A DNA stretch of 64,000 nt, from contig OZ076411.1 of NCBI GenBank assembly GCA_964187785.1, forward strand, positions 77,190,001 through 77,254,000, read 5' to 3'. Below are positions 12,871 to 26,500 of the stretch, one piece after another. Each line of letters starts with the position of its first letter. Position 1 is the stretch's first letter. A program made the translations under genes and the position numbers. This DNA comes from Amphiscolops sp. MND2022. Lineage: Eukaryota. The notes under the pieces are model-generated. The model ran no database searches. It saw only the letters and a program-made list of their open reading frames with translations, and was not told where the DNA came from.

Positions 12871-15841
12871 GAACACTAACAGAGCTGCAGATAATTGGTT
12901 CTTATCCTAAATTCTTCCCTTTTCGTAGAGTGGCTTGACTTATGATAAAGTCAATTCAAGTAATTCATAGCCTTTAAAATACCTTGCGCGTGAAGTTTAA
13001 AACTTTCCAGAGAAAATTATGTAACTTATTCGTTCCGCGGGGATTTTGATTGACACTTTTCTTTTTTGCAACACTTTCAGATAACATTGACGTGTTACGA
13101 CCAGTTTGATCTTAGCTGTCAATTCAGCTAAACTTTTCACTTGTTAAACCCAACTCATTGTCATTGTTGTTAGTGAATAGGTCCACATTTCCGGGTATTT
13201 GGAGTTTGTTTCAAAAGTTTCAGTCTCGGAAGTGGTTTTCAATATTCATTCAAGCGAGTACGCCTCTAACTATTTAGAAGACCTTAAATTTTGAAACGTT
13301 TTGGAGTCAAATTCGACTCCAAATGTTTTTGCTGATTTTTGAAGGGCTGTTGCTGCTACAAAAGCGAGTGTTTTCAGATTTTGGTTGAAGAGTAGAATTT
13401 ACACACGATTTGGCGAAGAAAACAAATTTTGATGTTGAACTAATTTTAGAACGGAGAAAAAGATTCCTCAAACAATATACATCAGACGAGATAAATTAAA
13501 ACAAATGCATAGGATTAATTGTTATAGAGATTGGTAAGCATTTAAGGTCATCAATTTGGGGTGCTATAGAGGCTTCAAGAAGCTCTTTGCATTGTTGAAG
13601 TGCTAGTGTCTGGTTTGTTGACCTTTTTCAGTTTAAGTCACTAAGTACACTACGTTTTGTTATAGATCCTGCCTCTCCAGGAGGAAAAGAATAGCGTCAA
13701 GGATGCCTGGACTTCATCTGGACCAGTTGACTGTCCAGTTGCTGTGCAGCGGGAAGGTTTTGGAGTTGGGAAGTTTCTGGCAGTTGTGGGTGTCAACGTT
13801 GTCGGAGGACCAGTGTCCACATTAGATGGTGGCTGAACAACCTGTGGAATCGGGTCCAGGTACCGCGATGGTGAGAAAAAGTTGGAAACGGACGCAGCAA
13901 AGGACGGGTCGGAAAATTCGGTACCGACAATAACAGCTTGTGCAGCATCATATCGCCTGTTGCCGGATCTCAATATGAGGAAGCATTGGAATTGGAAGAT
14001 GCGAAATTTAAAGTCTTAGTGACGAGCGGGAGTAGAACTCGGATGTCAGAAAACAATATAGAGAAGCAAGACGAGAGAAAGTAGACAACTGCAATAAGAT
14101 GTCGGAAATAGAATATGAAAGTGATAGGTATATAGTAGAAACGTTATTGGATGTTGAGAGAAGTTCAAAAGCATTTAATTTAAGGGCAGTTGATTCCCAT
14201 AGAAGTTGTTGGAGGGAATTTGTAAGAACAAAAAAGCATATACATGAAAAATGTATATGTGAATGAAAGCGAAAAGAAAGGAAAGCGTGCTTTTTAGAGG
14301 AAGTCGATATTGTAGAAAAGGAGGAAGGTCCGTTAAAACTTAGCAAAACGTGGGGAGAATTTTTCAATTCATAATGGTGTAGCACAGAAAAAATGTCATA
14401 TGTACCAGGGAAAAAACTTTTTGAACGACATAAACTTTTTTGTGACAAGTATGATTGGCAAGGATGAAGAGATCATTGAGGTAACTCAACTTTATTGTAA
14501 AACAGAAAACTAGTTTTTTGAAGGTACTTTGGAATGAATTTCTAGTTTTCTATACAAATTGATAGGACTTACAAAGAAAACTGTTCCTTTATGGAGTAGG
14601 TAGCGAAGATTTTCATACTACAGAGAGTTGTGTTTGAACTTGGAGAGGAGTGAATGTATACGTTGGAGTTAAAAGGAGAATACGTTGAATTCAGAGAATA
14701 GTGAATTTTTTAGATCTACAAAGAAAATTTGAATGAAATGTTTGTCACAAATTCGTCAATGGGGCAAGTGAAGACATTGATGCAGACACTTGGAGTAGTA
14801 GTTTGAATGACGAATGCATGATCAAATTTAATCGAGTTTTGGTCATTGGCTGAATGAATATAAAGTAAAACAAGAACCACATTTTCCCCAACTGGAAGCA
14901 CAAATATCACTTTACACTTGTTTCGGAAAAGTTTCATAGTGCCGAAAAAAGCACTTTCAGCTCGCAAAACTATTCAAGCCGAAATTAGCTATGAACGCGA
15001 GAGGAAACATTTTGACCAAATGAAAGTTTCGGGAAAAAACACAAAGAACCGAAAGTGTCTGAACAAGGTATGTTAAAAATTTGACAAAAAAAACAGCTGT
15101 TCGATTACGTTGGGAAAAATAAGGTCTCACAATACCGGAAAAAAGCCAAGGATGACACTTTGGCTTCAAATGATTTGGGTCACTTCTGAAGATCCCAAAA
15201 ATTGAAAGTGCGGACGGGACCCTTTCGTAATATTGAAAGTTTTTCAAGAAAAGTTATATCCAATATATGCTATATCCGATTTTCGTTAAATCGGGTATGG
15301 ATTGAGCGATTGTTTAAAAGGAGTCGTTCACAGCTCAATTTTAGTTGTCCAAAAGGGACCTTGCCAAAATTGAAGAACGTTTGGTACAACTATTTCGTTA
15401 GTTCGTTGGTCTTCAGAATAAAAAAGCAAAAGGCACTCCTTTAGTCAGCTTTTACTACGAATGCGCGGAATAAAACGTAGCTACCTAGGAGGCAGTATGT
15501 GGCGAGGCAAATTGTTTGTGACTTCGAAGGCAACAGTAGTAGGGTTTGAACAGACCTATTTCTCTCACATAATGAAAAAGGAGAGTTTTGGATTTACGAA
15601 ATAGAGTTGGTTGAGCGTTAGAGTAATGTTTATTGTAGAGTAGATGTGTAGATGTAGGTAGAACGAGCGTGGTCATCAAAAGACGTATTTAGTAGATTGC
15701 CAGGTTTTAGGGAAGAAATTATTTCCTTTATTTGGTATAATTGAAGGAAAGAAAAAGTCATCACGAAGAAACTGATACTTGAGGTACAAAAAGCGGACGA
15801 GTGGTCTTATGGTAAGAAGTGATAATGAGTATTTGTTTAAT

Positions 15842-17812
15842 TGTCGCGATTTTGTTCGCCTATGTGAGAGTCTACCGAACTCTCTCTAGATATTTGTCCT
15901 TTATTCTCCTGCGTAAAACACGTTTTGGGGCGATTATCCCATGTTTTCTGGGTATTTTCAACTTCGGGATTCCGTTGTAGTCCACTGAACCTTTGGTCCA
16001 CCACGGTGAAATTAGCCGTCCTCGGGCTCTCCGAAGTAGTCTACCAAGCAGACCGTCTAATAAACAGACTACTCAACTAGCAGAAAATTTAATCAAGCGG
16101 TAATTGTTTGACCAATCAGAAGTAAGAATCACCAATCAATGGAATGAGTACTGATACAGCCAATATGTATGGAAGTCGACTTTTTGAACAGGTTAGCATA
16201 TTTTTTGTATGGCTCGGTCGCTTCGCTCCCTTCGCTCCCTTCGCCAAGTAGCAACGTTGAGGCATGGCCATATGGCACGTCGCTCCGCTTCCTTCGCTAC
16301 TGCATTTAGGGCACTAGGGGTTTGTGAACATAGCTGACTACGTAATAATAATAATTCTATTGACTGCTAATCTGAAGCACCTATTTAGTCGAAATCTGAA
16401 AGTTCAACCAATAGGAATCGAGTCTGCTCATCAGCACGAATATTACTTTTCTGCTATTTGACTGGTCTGCTTGTTAGACGCACTCCCGGGCTCTCTCGTA
16501 GCCCGTTGGACCCTCGTTCCACCACAGTGAAATTAGCCCTCCCCTGTGTATCTAACATATTTTGGATAGAAGGAAGTACTTTCTCGGTTATTGCTGTTGT
16601 AAGTGCGTCTTGTATCTGAGAGTTCAAGCTTGATTTGATCTCATTAGGTTTTCTAGACACCTGATTAGAGACTTCTTCTAGTTGTCTCGATGGTCATTTT
16701 GCTATTCTCCCTACTATTTGTTTTAAGTAATGATCTAAAGTGTTCTCCAGCTAAGTTGGAACGTTGCTGAGGGCTGATGAAATCAGAGTCCAAATTCAAT
16801 TTTCTTTCACTTTATTCATTTCTTTCTTCATCTCAAGAATAACTTCCTTACATTATATCAACGTTTTCAGCATCAGACATGATGTCCAAACGCCTAGAGC
16901 GTCTCTCATTGGCTTTTTGCTTCCCAGTAGAAGACATTGAAGAAATGTCAGTTTCTCAAGAGTGATTATGAGATAACAATATAAATGAAGAAAACGTCAA
17001 GTATAACCAAAAGCAGAGATTTATCTGACCAGAATGAAACAGAAAGCAAATAGTTTGTAATTGTGATTTATCTTAAAAATATCCTTGAACCATCAGTCCC
17101 TCCTGTTTATAGTCTGAGAGGGGTGACAGCCTAAATTCTGCGTGTCATGTTACTAATTTTAGACACGAAATACTAAAAAAAAACTACAAATTTGAGATTG
17201 TGTCATAGTGACGTCATTACATCAAAGAGATACTTGCTGGTTGAGCCGACAAAATGAAATATTATGTAACAAAATTTCATTTCCATAATTAATACTAATC
17301 TGCATTTTTTCATGTAATATAAATGTAAAATTACATGTTAGCACTGCAATTAACATTAGCGAACTTTAGGTCTGCGCGGCTACTTTCAAATACTGCGCTG
17401 GTGGTGCTGCCTACTATTTCCACCGCGGCAGACATTCAGTCCCCTGAGCTACAGCAAATAACTGCGTTTTGATTGGTCAATAGGACCGGTGATGCGTGTA
17501 CATTTGATAAATGAATGAATTCATTTGAATTCGTTTCCATCCGTATTGCACATACATACTAATTGTCCGCGTATTAATTTACTGCACTTTTACTTTGTAT
17601 AAAAATATTACAGCAGCTTTTCGGTATAACAGACACAGATTGCACATCAAATTAAAACACATTTCATTTTAATAAAATAATAAGATTGTTGTGGCTGTTC
17701 GAACTGAGAGTCCTATGAGTTTTAATTGGCAGAACTCCTGGAGGGGGATTTGTATTATCCCCTTCCAATAAAAGTTGTTATTAGTTACCTTCACAGGCGG
17801 CAGCCTGTGACA
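15842..17812 (-). repeat. 3' LTR of element B (1507 bp after removing the MITE and one TSD)
   Basis: Aligns by eye with 29384-30044 plus 34958-35811 (roughly 85-95% identical depending on the segment). Starts TGTCACAGG and ends CGCGACA on the minus strand. TATAAA on the minus strand near 17107-17112. Confidence 0.9.
16032..16486. mobile_element. 455-bp MITE inserted in the 3' LTR of B
   Basis: Absent from the 5' LTR. Flanked by duplicated CGGGCTCTC (16023-16031, 16487-16495). Imperfect TIRs AGTAGTCTACCAAGCAGACC versus AGTGCGTCTAACAAGCAGACC (reverse complement of the right end). Confidence 0.85.
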
Positions 17813-18580
17813 CTCCCCTAGGGACAAAGAGCACTGTCCCCTGGTCCATTGGTCCATTCCCGCAAGGTAGGCCTCTCGTCTCCGTAATCGTCTTCCGTAG
17901 GTTTCGCCTTGATATGTAGTCGCAACCAAATAGCTCGGCACATCTGTTTCTTTGATTTGCTCCTAGTTGCGTCCACAGACGATGCAATCCCCGTATTGTG
18001 CCGTATTCGGTTGCCCACAATGTGCGGCCATTCGGACACTTATGCCCTGAATGTGGGAGCTTAGGGGGAGCCGATAGTGCATCTGCTGCTGTTGATCGGC
18101 GACGTTTGGGCCATAGCTCGGACCACGCTCATGTGCTGGCGGGGATGAAAGGGTGTCAATTTGGGATCATAATTGTCCGCAATGTCTAAATAGCGGACTG
18201 CCGGTCTTTGAAGCTCCACTAGGACCCACCCCCCTAACCAGAGATTTAGCTAGTTCGTCTGTTGACAGCAATATCTTTTCAAAATCGTCTCAAGGGAAGT
18301 CTGGGAAAGCACTGTCCGTACAGCCTGACAGCTCAGTCGTCATCTGTCTTCCCCCGACTGGCGGCTGTTGCTGTATCGGTAATTGCCGATGACACGCGAT
18401 GATTTCAATGTCACTGTCATCTGAAAAGCTGGCTCCAGCTTCCACGGACTGAGAATCTAGGTTCATTTCTTCTACCGATGAGAAGTAACTCGGGCTAACT
18501 TTTGGGGCGACTAGATCATCGATTGAAAACTGCAGATTCATTTCCATCTTGTATCGATTTAGGAGGAATTTTTTAAGCAA
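17669..18580 (-). pseudogene. Degenerate extra sense ORF (ORF3) of element B, unknown function, running through the PPT into U3
   Basis: Fragments 18290-18580, 17818-18039 and 17669-17941 (TYQGETYGRRLRRREAYLAGMDQW...SLGECHR, where GE-CH spans the PPT/LTR junction). Confidence 0.4.
17813..17819 (-). promoter_or_regulatory. Polypurine tract of element B
   Basis: AGGGGAG immediately 5' of the LTR start TGTCACA on the minus strand; absent next to the other LTR. Confidence 0.7.
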
Positions 18581-19706
18581 TTCTGGACTGTAGCTAAAAG
18601 TGACTGTTTTTGTTTGTAAAATCAGATTGAATGATTGATTCTCTGAAAAGCTTAGACCGCCAAGTTGCCTGTTTTAGCGGGGTTTTCTTGACGGGGAACA
18701 CCGTTTCTGATCATTCTTATTTTTTACCAAACATTTCATATATGTTAAATTTCAACCTACTCCCTGAACCGGTAACTAAGGTAATCTTCATGTTGACAGG
18801 TCCTCGAAGGACTCTTTGATTGTTTGCATTGCCACTTAACGCAAGTAAAGCGGTGTCGTAAGTGTTAACTCAAGTTAACCATCAGTGAATAAGTTCACCA
18901 TCAAAGACCTTCGGTCCGCGTGGCTACATCAATTGAATTGACCAATGGGATGGCTATGATAAATGAAGGATGAAAATTTGATAAATTCTGAATGAAAAAG
19001 CGATTTCGCCTAAACTGTATCTATTCAGCAGAGTGAACCAATCTACGGAATGAAATAAAGGGCATGATTTTCACTGGCAGGTTCCTTCCATGAAGAATGA
19101 GATTATAATCAGGAAGTAACATGAAAAGTACATGAAAGAAGTAGTAAATGGTGTAAGAAGTAAGAACTAATCCGTAGGCCACGACCTCCAATTCTAATTT
19201 AGGTAATCAACCGTCTTTGAGTCCTTAATTTGTCTTTTAATAATTTGTCTTTAAAGTCAGACATTGTCAGTGAATCATAGTAGTATCAAAGCAACATATT
19301 TCACGTTTCTGTGTCTGTCTTCCAGTACTCCACATTTTGCAATCTTTGTCATTTGAGTTGTTGACTATTCTAATTTGATATCCACCTTCCTAACGATAAC
19401 AATGGACCTGGAGTCGCAGCAGCTGAAGAGTAACCCAGAACGTCAAAGGATTAACATCCATCCTTAAAGGGAGAGAGCTAACTCCAATAGTCCATCTCAA
19501 ATTTCCCATTTTCCCAAAATACTGCTCAGCTGAAGAAATTCTGCCTTTCCGTCATTGAAATGACATCAGGTTGGTTCTTTAATTTTCCTAAGCTAAACGT
19601 GATCAGGGTTTAGGTTTGCCTAATCTTACTTCCTCCATCATTAAATGTTTTCACATTGAGTTGAATAGGCTATACTTTTTTCAGGAAAAATTTTTGGCAC
19701 AGCAAG

Positions 19707-22700
19707 ATGGATTTATTTGCAACAAGTGAATCGCGTGAATTTATTCCTTTCTATTTCGGAAAAAAATCAAACGGCCAACCATTACGAGCGTCGACAGGAA
19801 ATAGAGATTCGGGTGATTTTCCCAAGTGTACTGATCCCAATACAGCCGAAGGGACTGTCAGGATAGAATCTACTGAATGTTCACTCTCTTCCTCCAGAAA
19901 AACGTCCATACAACCTCCTCTAGTTAGTTTGCTTCTGTCTGCCATCAAAATCATCGGGTCTTCAGGTCAAGGTCTCATAGAAACTTCAACCGACAAAGAC
20001 GTAACGTCTCAATTGTCTCAGTCGCCAGATTGTTCTCCCTTCTAAATAATTTACTTGCCTCTAAAAATAGCAGTTCAGAAGAAAGCATGCAGGCATATAT
20101 CGCCCGAAAAATTGAGGGCAAAGAGGATGAGATTTCGGGAGAAAGTTCGTCTAAGCCGTCTGAACCTCTTCTGAAGGAAAGTGAAAGTTGCGCAAATGCT
20201 GTCACTCCCGCTAATATTGTTCTAAAAAGCTTCGAGCCCGGTGGAACTGCGTTATCGGCTGCATTTTCTCTGGATCCCCAGCAGGACCGAAGGGCCGTCA
20301 AAAGATCCCGAGTTGGTAGTTTCTCCACAATTAGTGTTCAGCCACCTTCAGGACTCGCTTCCCAGATAACCCTCCGCGTTGATGATGATCCGGAAGTACA
20401 CGCCACGGACGAGGAGCTAACCACAGTGGTTATGACTTCTCTAGCATAGGATATTCCTATGAAAATTCAGAGTCTAAAAAAATCAGTGCACCACCCGGAG
20501 CTGGAGATGAACCACAATGCAGTCACCTTACCCGCCAGTCCAACACGGTTCTTTGCGACATTGCTAGTCCAGAGGGTCACACAATAGCATCTCTAAAAGC
20601 AGAGGCGCTTGACGAACAAAATAGACTTATCCGTGATTGTCGAGGTCGCTTTACATCAAGTTCGAGAGGGGCAGGAACTATACGCAATGTTACGGGGTCG
20701 GGAAAAATAATGAAGGACTCCTCTTTCAAGGAAATGGAGAGGACTCGGACTTTTGTATCTGGACCAATTGACCCGAGGTGGAATCCGTACAATTTTTACT
20801 GCCAGATATGCAAAGCCTTCGAGATACGAAAAAGGAGCCCGAGAGATCTTACGCTACCACTCCATATAAAAACTTCTTGGGAAGGATCAACGGTGGAGAT
20901 ACGAGTATCTACACAAAGTCGATCCTATAACCAGAGCCCAAATTGACCAGGTTCGAGGAACGTTGAGAAGTAATTAAATCCGTATCAACTAGTAATGGAA
21001 TTTCCCAAGTTCATTGACGCCCCACTGGTTGAAATTGGACAAAAGTTGCCGTTTTTTGATGAATACATGGTTGGTGTGGACTACATGTCGTCACCATTGG
21101 ACAATCGTGCTAGAGTGGAGCTGTCTGTGTTAGCCAAGTTCCTTCCAAGGACAGTTGACTTGGAAGTCCAGAAGTCCTTTTGGAACGGTGTTGGAGTCTT
21201 TGTAAATCATTGAGCCCTATTTACCGATTTTGACTGGGGGAGAGAAAGACTCCTTGTTCTGACTTTCATTCTGATACATTTAGTGCGTTATCGCAACACT
21301 GGTATGCCTTTTTTCTCAGACGTAAGACTAACTTCATTCGATTAGGTCCTGTTTCAGCACATGTTCATTGAACTTGTAACCGCCACTGGTACCCATGTCA
21401 ATGAAAACGGCGAGTACGCTATATAATTTGCCACAGATGGGGTCGTTCTTCAATCGGTTCTGGCGGGCGGACCAAATTTGCCGTGTTTTCTTCAAGAGGA
21501 GCAGTCGTCTATAGGGCGAATCAAGTGCTGAGGTGTGTCTCCTGTCCTACCTCAAGGAAACCTTTTCCTCTAAGCCATCCCTACCCAGCTGCACAAGCTG
21601 CAGTGCTAGAACGATATATTTACTTGATGAAAACCCCTACTGCACTTTCTGCGTCCAAAGACCACCGAGGTACGAAGAACTCAGTCTGAGCCAGTTGATG
21701 CACAAGAAGGGTGGCAACGTCTTTGGGCGAATAGACTTTCCAGTATTGAAGTACTGATCGTGTCACTGGGCAGCTGTGTAGAGTTGAACTGGATGCTTAT
21801 TTCCCGTGAGCTATCCAAGGTACGTAGCTCCCTACAACTTAACTAATTCTCACCCCGACTAGTTAATTCGGTCTAGGTGATGTTAATTTAGAGGAGTTTC
21901 ACTCATAACTTCTCTTAGGATTCGAGGACTTGCCAGCTGGATATAGGCGGATTGCCTTCCCTCAGCCAAGAGTTAGCAGACAACTGGGCTAAAGTGATTT
22001 CCTTCACTTTAGGAGCTGAAGATGCTCCGACTCAGCAAATGCAAGGAGTCCATAAACAAGTAATTTCATGTTTCATGTCTAGACAACTAGACTTTCGGTC
22101 AATTTCGGATCTAATCCTTCGCTGATATCAGCCACAAAATCTGGAATGGTCAATCGTGCATGATGATTTGTTCCTCAGCAATTTGGAGCTTTTCAGCCAA
22201 CTTGTCCAAGACTGTGGTGTTCTCGTGTTCTAGTAAGTATATCACGTTGCTTGTTTCCATTGTGATTTCTCTTTAGACACCGTGAACCTCAAGTCTCGAC
22301 GGGACCGTGGTTTTCACGTGTATAAAGAGCTTTGCCAATTTTTGTTCAAACTTGGCCGACGCTGTGTACGTTCTAGCAGTCTTCCTGCTGAGGACGATTA
22401 CCAGGGAATCCGTATGTTATCGTTTCTTGATGCCAAGGCTCTACCTGTTGGGGTCTTCGTCACGCGATCAAAATTGGGACCTTGTCTTGATACATGTTGT
22501 AGAAAGAAGTCCGTAAAGAAATGGGTGAAGATTAGAACAAAACTCTCTGTCTGTCTGGATGAAAGAACGACTAACAATCGGGAGGAGTTTGTCCTATCAG
22601 CCAGAGGGTACGTGTCCATTTTGCTAAACACGGCGCATGGACTAACCCGATTTACATAAGACATTATAAAAGGCCTTGGGTCTTTTGACTTAGAGATCAT

Positions 22701-23325
22701 GCAGGTGGACCCTTTAGAGCAGGCTACAAACTGTTTCAAGCAGTTTTTTCTTCCAGTTTTAGGCTGCGTTTACTTGAAGAAACTGTTTACCTGGAAGGGA
22801 ACCTCTCTTTTATTGATGTATTACGACACTCCCAGCCTGATGTCCTGCAGCACAACTTTTGTATTCGTGGAGTTCATCTCTGGCCAGGATGTTGTGTGGT
22901 CACAACGCTACTTGACCAGAATCCTCCGCCTCAGCAGTCTCTGCCTTGACGAGACTCGGTTCTCATTTCCCGCAGTAAGATTCGGTTCCGTGAAGACTGA
23001 TGACCCAACTAGTCCTTTGTTTGACGTGGTAGCGCCTATCCAGTCCTATTTCAGTGACGTAGCTCGAGGATTGGATAATCTAGTTTCTGATGCGTCTATT
23101 GCTCGGCTGCTGAACTTGGAGTCGACCTTTGAGAGCACGGGTCTCAGTAACACATACAGTCCGTGGGAGGGGCTTGACTATTTTGGGCCCAATCGTATCA
23201 GAGGTGCTATCAACACTCCTTCGCCGGAACGACGTAAAGTCACTACTCAAGCTTCCACCGATCAACCATGTTCCAGCAAGTCTTCGAAGGTGCAGCGAAG
23301 TTCTAAAAGCTCCGATAAATTCTAA
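19707..23325 (+). pseudogene. Antisense multi-exon gene inside element B: low-complexity N-terminus, C2H2/BED-like zinc finger, long unknown C-terminal region
   Basis: Colinear plus ORFs 19707-20045, 20030-20449, 20710-20946, 20995-21213, 21533-21757, 22307-22516, 22699-23325. Zinc-finger relic FYCQICKA...KGAREILRYH. Candidate introns 21256-21345, 21820-21876, 22060-22131, 22233-22276, three with CTAAC/CTAAT branch-like motifs. Confidence 0.7.
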
Positions 23326-23559
23326 TTGTACTATATGTGCAATTGTAAAATAGAGCGCTTTGTCCTTTTTGTATAAACTTTTGATGTGTTCAGTAGTTTT
23401 TTTATTGGTTTGTTAATTGTAATCTTGAGTTTTCAGTCTAACAGTCAGTTTGGTTCATGTTAAGATATTTATGTAAAAGGCGACAATAATTTACGGGTTT
23501 TTTCTAAAATCTCTATTCGTTAGTGAAGTTGGGAGTGGGGTTAGGTCGAAGGTTATTTT

Positions 23560-26500
23560 GTTTACCTTTGGGCTTTCATTCTCGACAATCATATCATCGT
23601 TTTCATCGTCTCATCATTCGGGCACTGTAGTATCGCTCCCACCTAACAATTGATGATCATCAAGCCAATCATTTGTGCTTTCCGATCGGATTTTTTTGGG
23701 AGGTTCAAAGTTGCCATTTTCGTGTGGCCCGGTGGACCGAAGGTTCACGTCGGTGAAAATTTCTCCCGGAGGGCTAGCTTCTTCTCCAAGGTTGTTAGAA
23801 GCGTCCGCAGCGTCTGTATGTGTAGGAGTCGTGTTGTTTTCAGTTGAGTTGGGAAATTCTCTGGGATTAATTTCCCACGCAAGGACGTAAAGATCATCTT
23901 GCGGAATGAAAACTTCATCATCCGGTTGCATATTGCCTTCCGGTCTAATGTCTTGTAGCACCGTATTCAGTTCATACTTGCGTAGTCTAAAGCGGTGTAA
24001 AATTTGTGTTTTTTTTGGAATTTAGATTTCTGACTATGTAACCTTCATTCAGCAAGATTTTGTCGACGATATAAGGACCGATTTATCGATATTCGCGAAA
24101 TGAAATTTTCGAACCCTGATGATCAGCTATAGGTTGCAAAATGAAACAGTAGTCATTCTATCGTAAAGGCGCTGCTTTGGCCTTTCGGTCATAGTATTCT
24201 TTGTATTTCAAATAGGACTGCATGATGTTATTCTTGGTAAAATCTGCCAATATTTGCTTTCGCTGCTTGAATTCGTCTGCAAAGTCTGTATTCGGAAGGA
24301 CCTTAGGGTTAGGATTGAGGCCCAATTTATGATCAAATATATTATTTGGGATTCGTTCGTGAAAAATTCTAGATGGCTCACAGCCCAGAGTGGCATGTAG
24401 GTTTTATTGTAATTCAATACAGCTAGTGGAAAGTATTTATGCATTGGCGCCTGTAGTCCCCTAAGGCCATTTTGAGGTTGGCCTTAAGACTAGCATGAGT
24501 ACGTTCTAGCTTACCAATGGTCTGCGGATGTTTTGTAGCTGCGCATGTAATTCAAACTTCCAGAATTTGAGCAATTTCAGCTATCAACTTTGATGTAAAT
24601 GCTGTTCCTTTGTCAGTGATCAAAGTGGTGGGCAAATAGGTATGTTTGGCCATAATGTCAATGATGACTTTTGCTGTATTTGTGGACGATATGTCGGTTA
24701 CTGGGTAGGCAAACAGGTTTCTTGAAAACACATCCATTGCGGTAATGATATTTTCACATCTTCCGCTGGGAGGTAAATTCGGTAAGATGTCGATTTGCAT
24801 TGCATCTTCAGGACCCAAGTCCCAATCCGGTAAGTTGAGCAATTCCGGGGTGTTAGACGAATTGGGAATCTTTTTGTCTTTTATGCAGATTTCCCAGCCT
24901 TGAACCCATTTTTTTTACAAATTTGCTATGCCTGGGTAGTAGTATTTTTGTCGAATTTTTATGAGCATTTTGGGAATGCCCGGAAGTTTATTAGTTTTTC
25001 CGTGGAGGGACTCAAGTAATTCAGTGACTAAATGTTTCAGCAGCAACGCTTGATTGTACTTTACAGAACCGGTTTCGTCGAAGTACTGTCTGGTGATAAT
25101 TCCATCCGTGACGGACAGCCGCTGGAATAGGCGACTGTAATGTTGGTATCTATTGTCCTGCAAAAGAATGGTTTCGGAGTAATCTTCTTTCAATAGTTTA
25201 GGTCGTAGCTGTTGTAATGTGAGGTCGTTGCTCTGCTCTATTGCTAGAGAAGTGATATGCGATAGTTTTTGAAATGTGGAAAGCTCCTCCTCAGAGACTC
25301 CCGCCGATTGGACGTGTTGTTCAATCGGTGTTGTGGGAATATCCTCTCTTATTTCGAGGATCAGTTTTTCTTTTGGAGATATTTTGAGACGGGATAGATA
25401 ATCAGCTGCCGTATTGTTTTTGCCAGAACTTGCGCAATAGTGAAATTGATCTGAATATTATAGTCGCAAGCATTCCAGAGTGTTGGTTGAATGATTCTAG
25501 TTTGAAAAACTTTTGTGACTGTTTTGTTATCTGTTAGTATTATCACCGGTTTCGGGGTTCCCCGAGGTATATGTCCGAGTACTTTGAAAGCAAAGAACAA
25601 TGCCAAGAATTGTTTCGCGTAGATGGACATTTTCAGTTGGGTAGGACTAAAGGTCTTGGATCCATAAGCTACTGGATCGAAAGCCTTGCTCGTTGAAGTA
25701 TATTTCTCGAATGGATCGTATTCGATGAGAACAGCGTACCCTGCAGCCGAGAAGCTAGCATCCATCATGAGGGCTATTTGCTTATTCGGTAGAGGTTGTT
25801 TGAATGCCAGTTCGCAGCATCGGTCAAGAGCCTTGTTTATTTCGGTGAAATGCTCCAAATGGTCCGGTGTCACCAGGACTTTTCCGTCTTTTGTCAACAT
25901 TTTGAAAAATGGGGCTAGTTTCTCAGAAAGTCTTGAGATGTAGTTGCGGTAATAGTTTAGGAATCCCAAGTAGCGGTGCAATTTTTCTAGGAAATTTTGA
26001 GCCTGTGGTCTCTGCGACTTCACCCCAGCGGGAGTGGTGGTTCGTCCTAGGAAATCGTTCTACGTTGCTCCAAAGTGACATTTGTGCATTGTTAACTCCA
26101 AGCCGGCCTTCTGGATGCCCTGGAGAAAGGCTCGAAAGTTGTTGATGAGTTGTTCGGCATAATTAGTTGCTACACCGACGTCGTCAACATATTGCGCACA
26201 TTGGTCTGCTTTTATGACAATATATAAATATTCTTGTATGAAACTAGAAAAGGCTGAAAGGGCAGGGCTAAGGCCCTGTGCCAATCGGCGATATGCAAAC
26301 GTTCTGCTAGCAAAGTTGAATGCAAGCATCTCGATGGACCGCTGGTCGGCCATCTGCAGACAGTGGTAGACTTGCGAACAGTCGAAATTGCAAAAAAGTA
26401 TTTTGCCTGCCATAGGTTGGGCAGCATCAGTCAAGGTACTGACATGATGATTGTTGTTGATATAGTCATTCGAAATCAAGTTGTTTATTTTTCTTAAGTT

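Noticed and set aside
13295-13328. Hairpin TTGGAGTC-AAATTC-GACTCCAA
   Set aside because: Only an 8-bp perfect stem in AT-rich repeat DNA; no supporting context.
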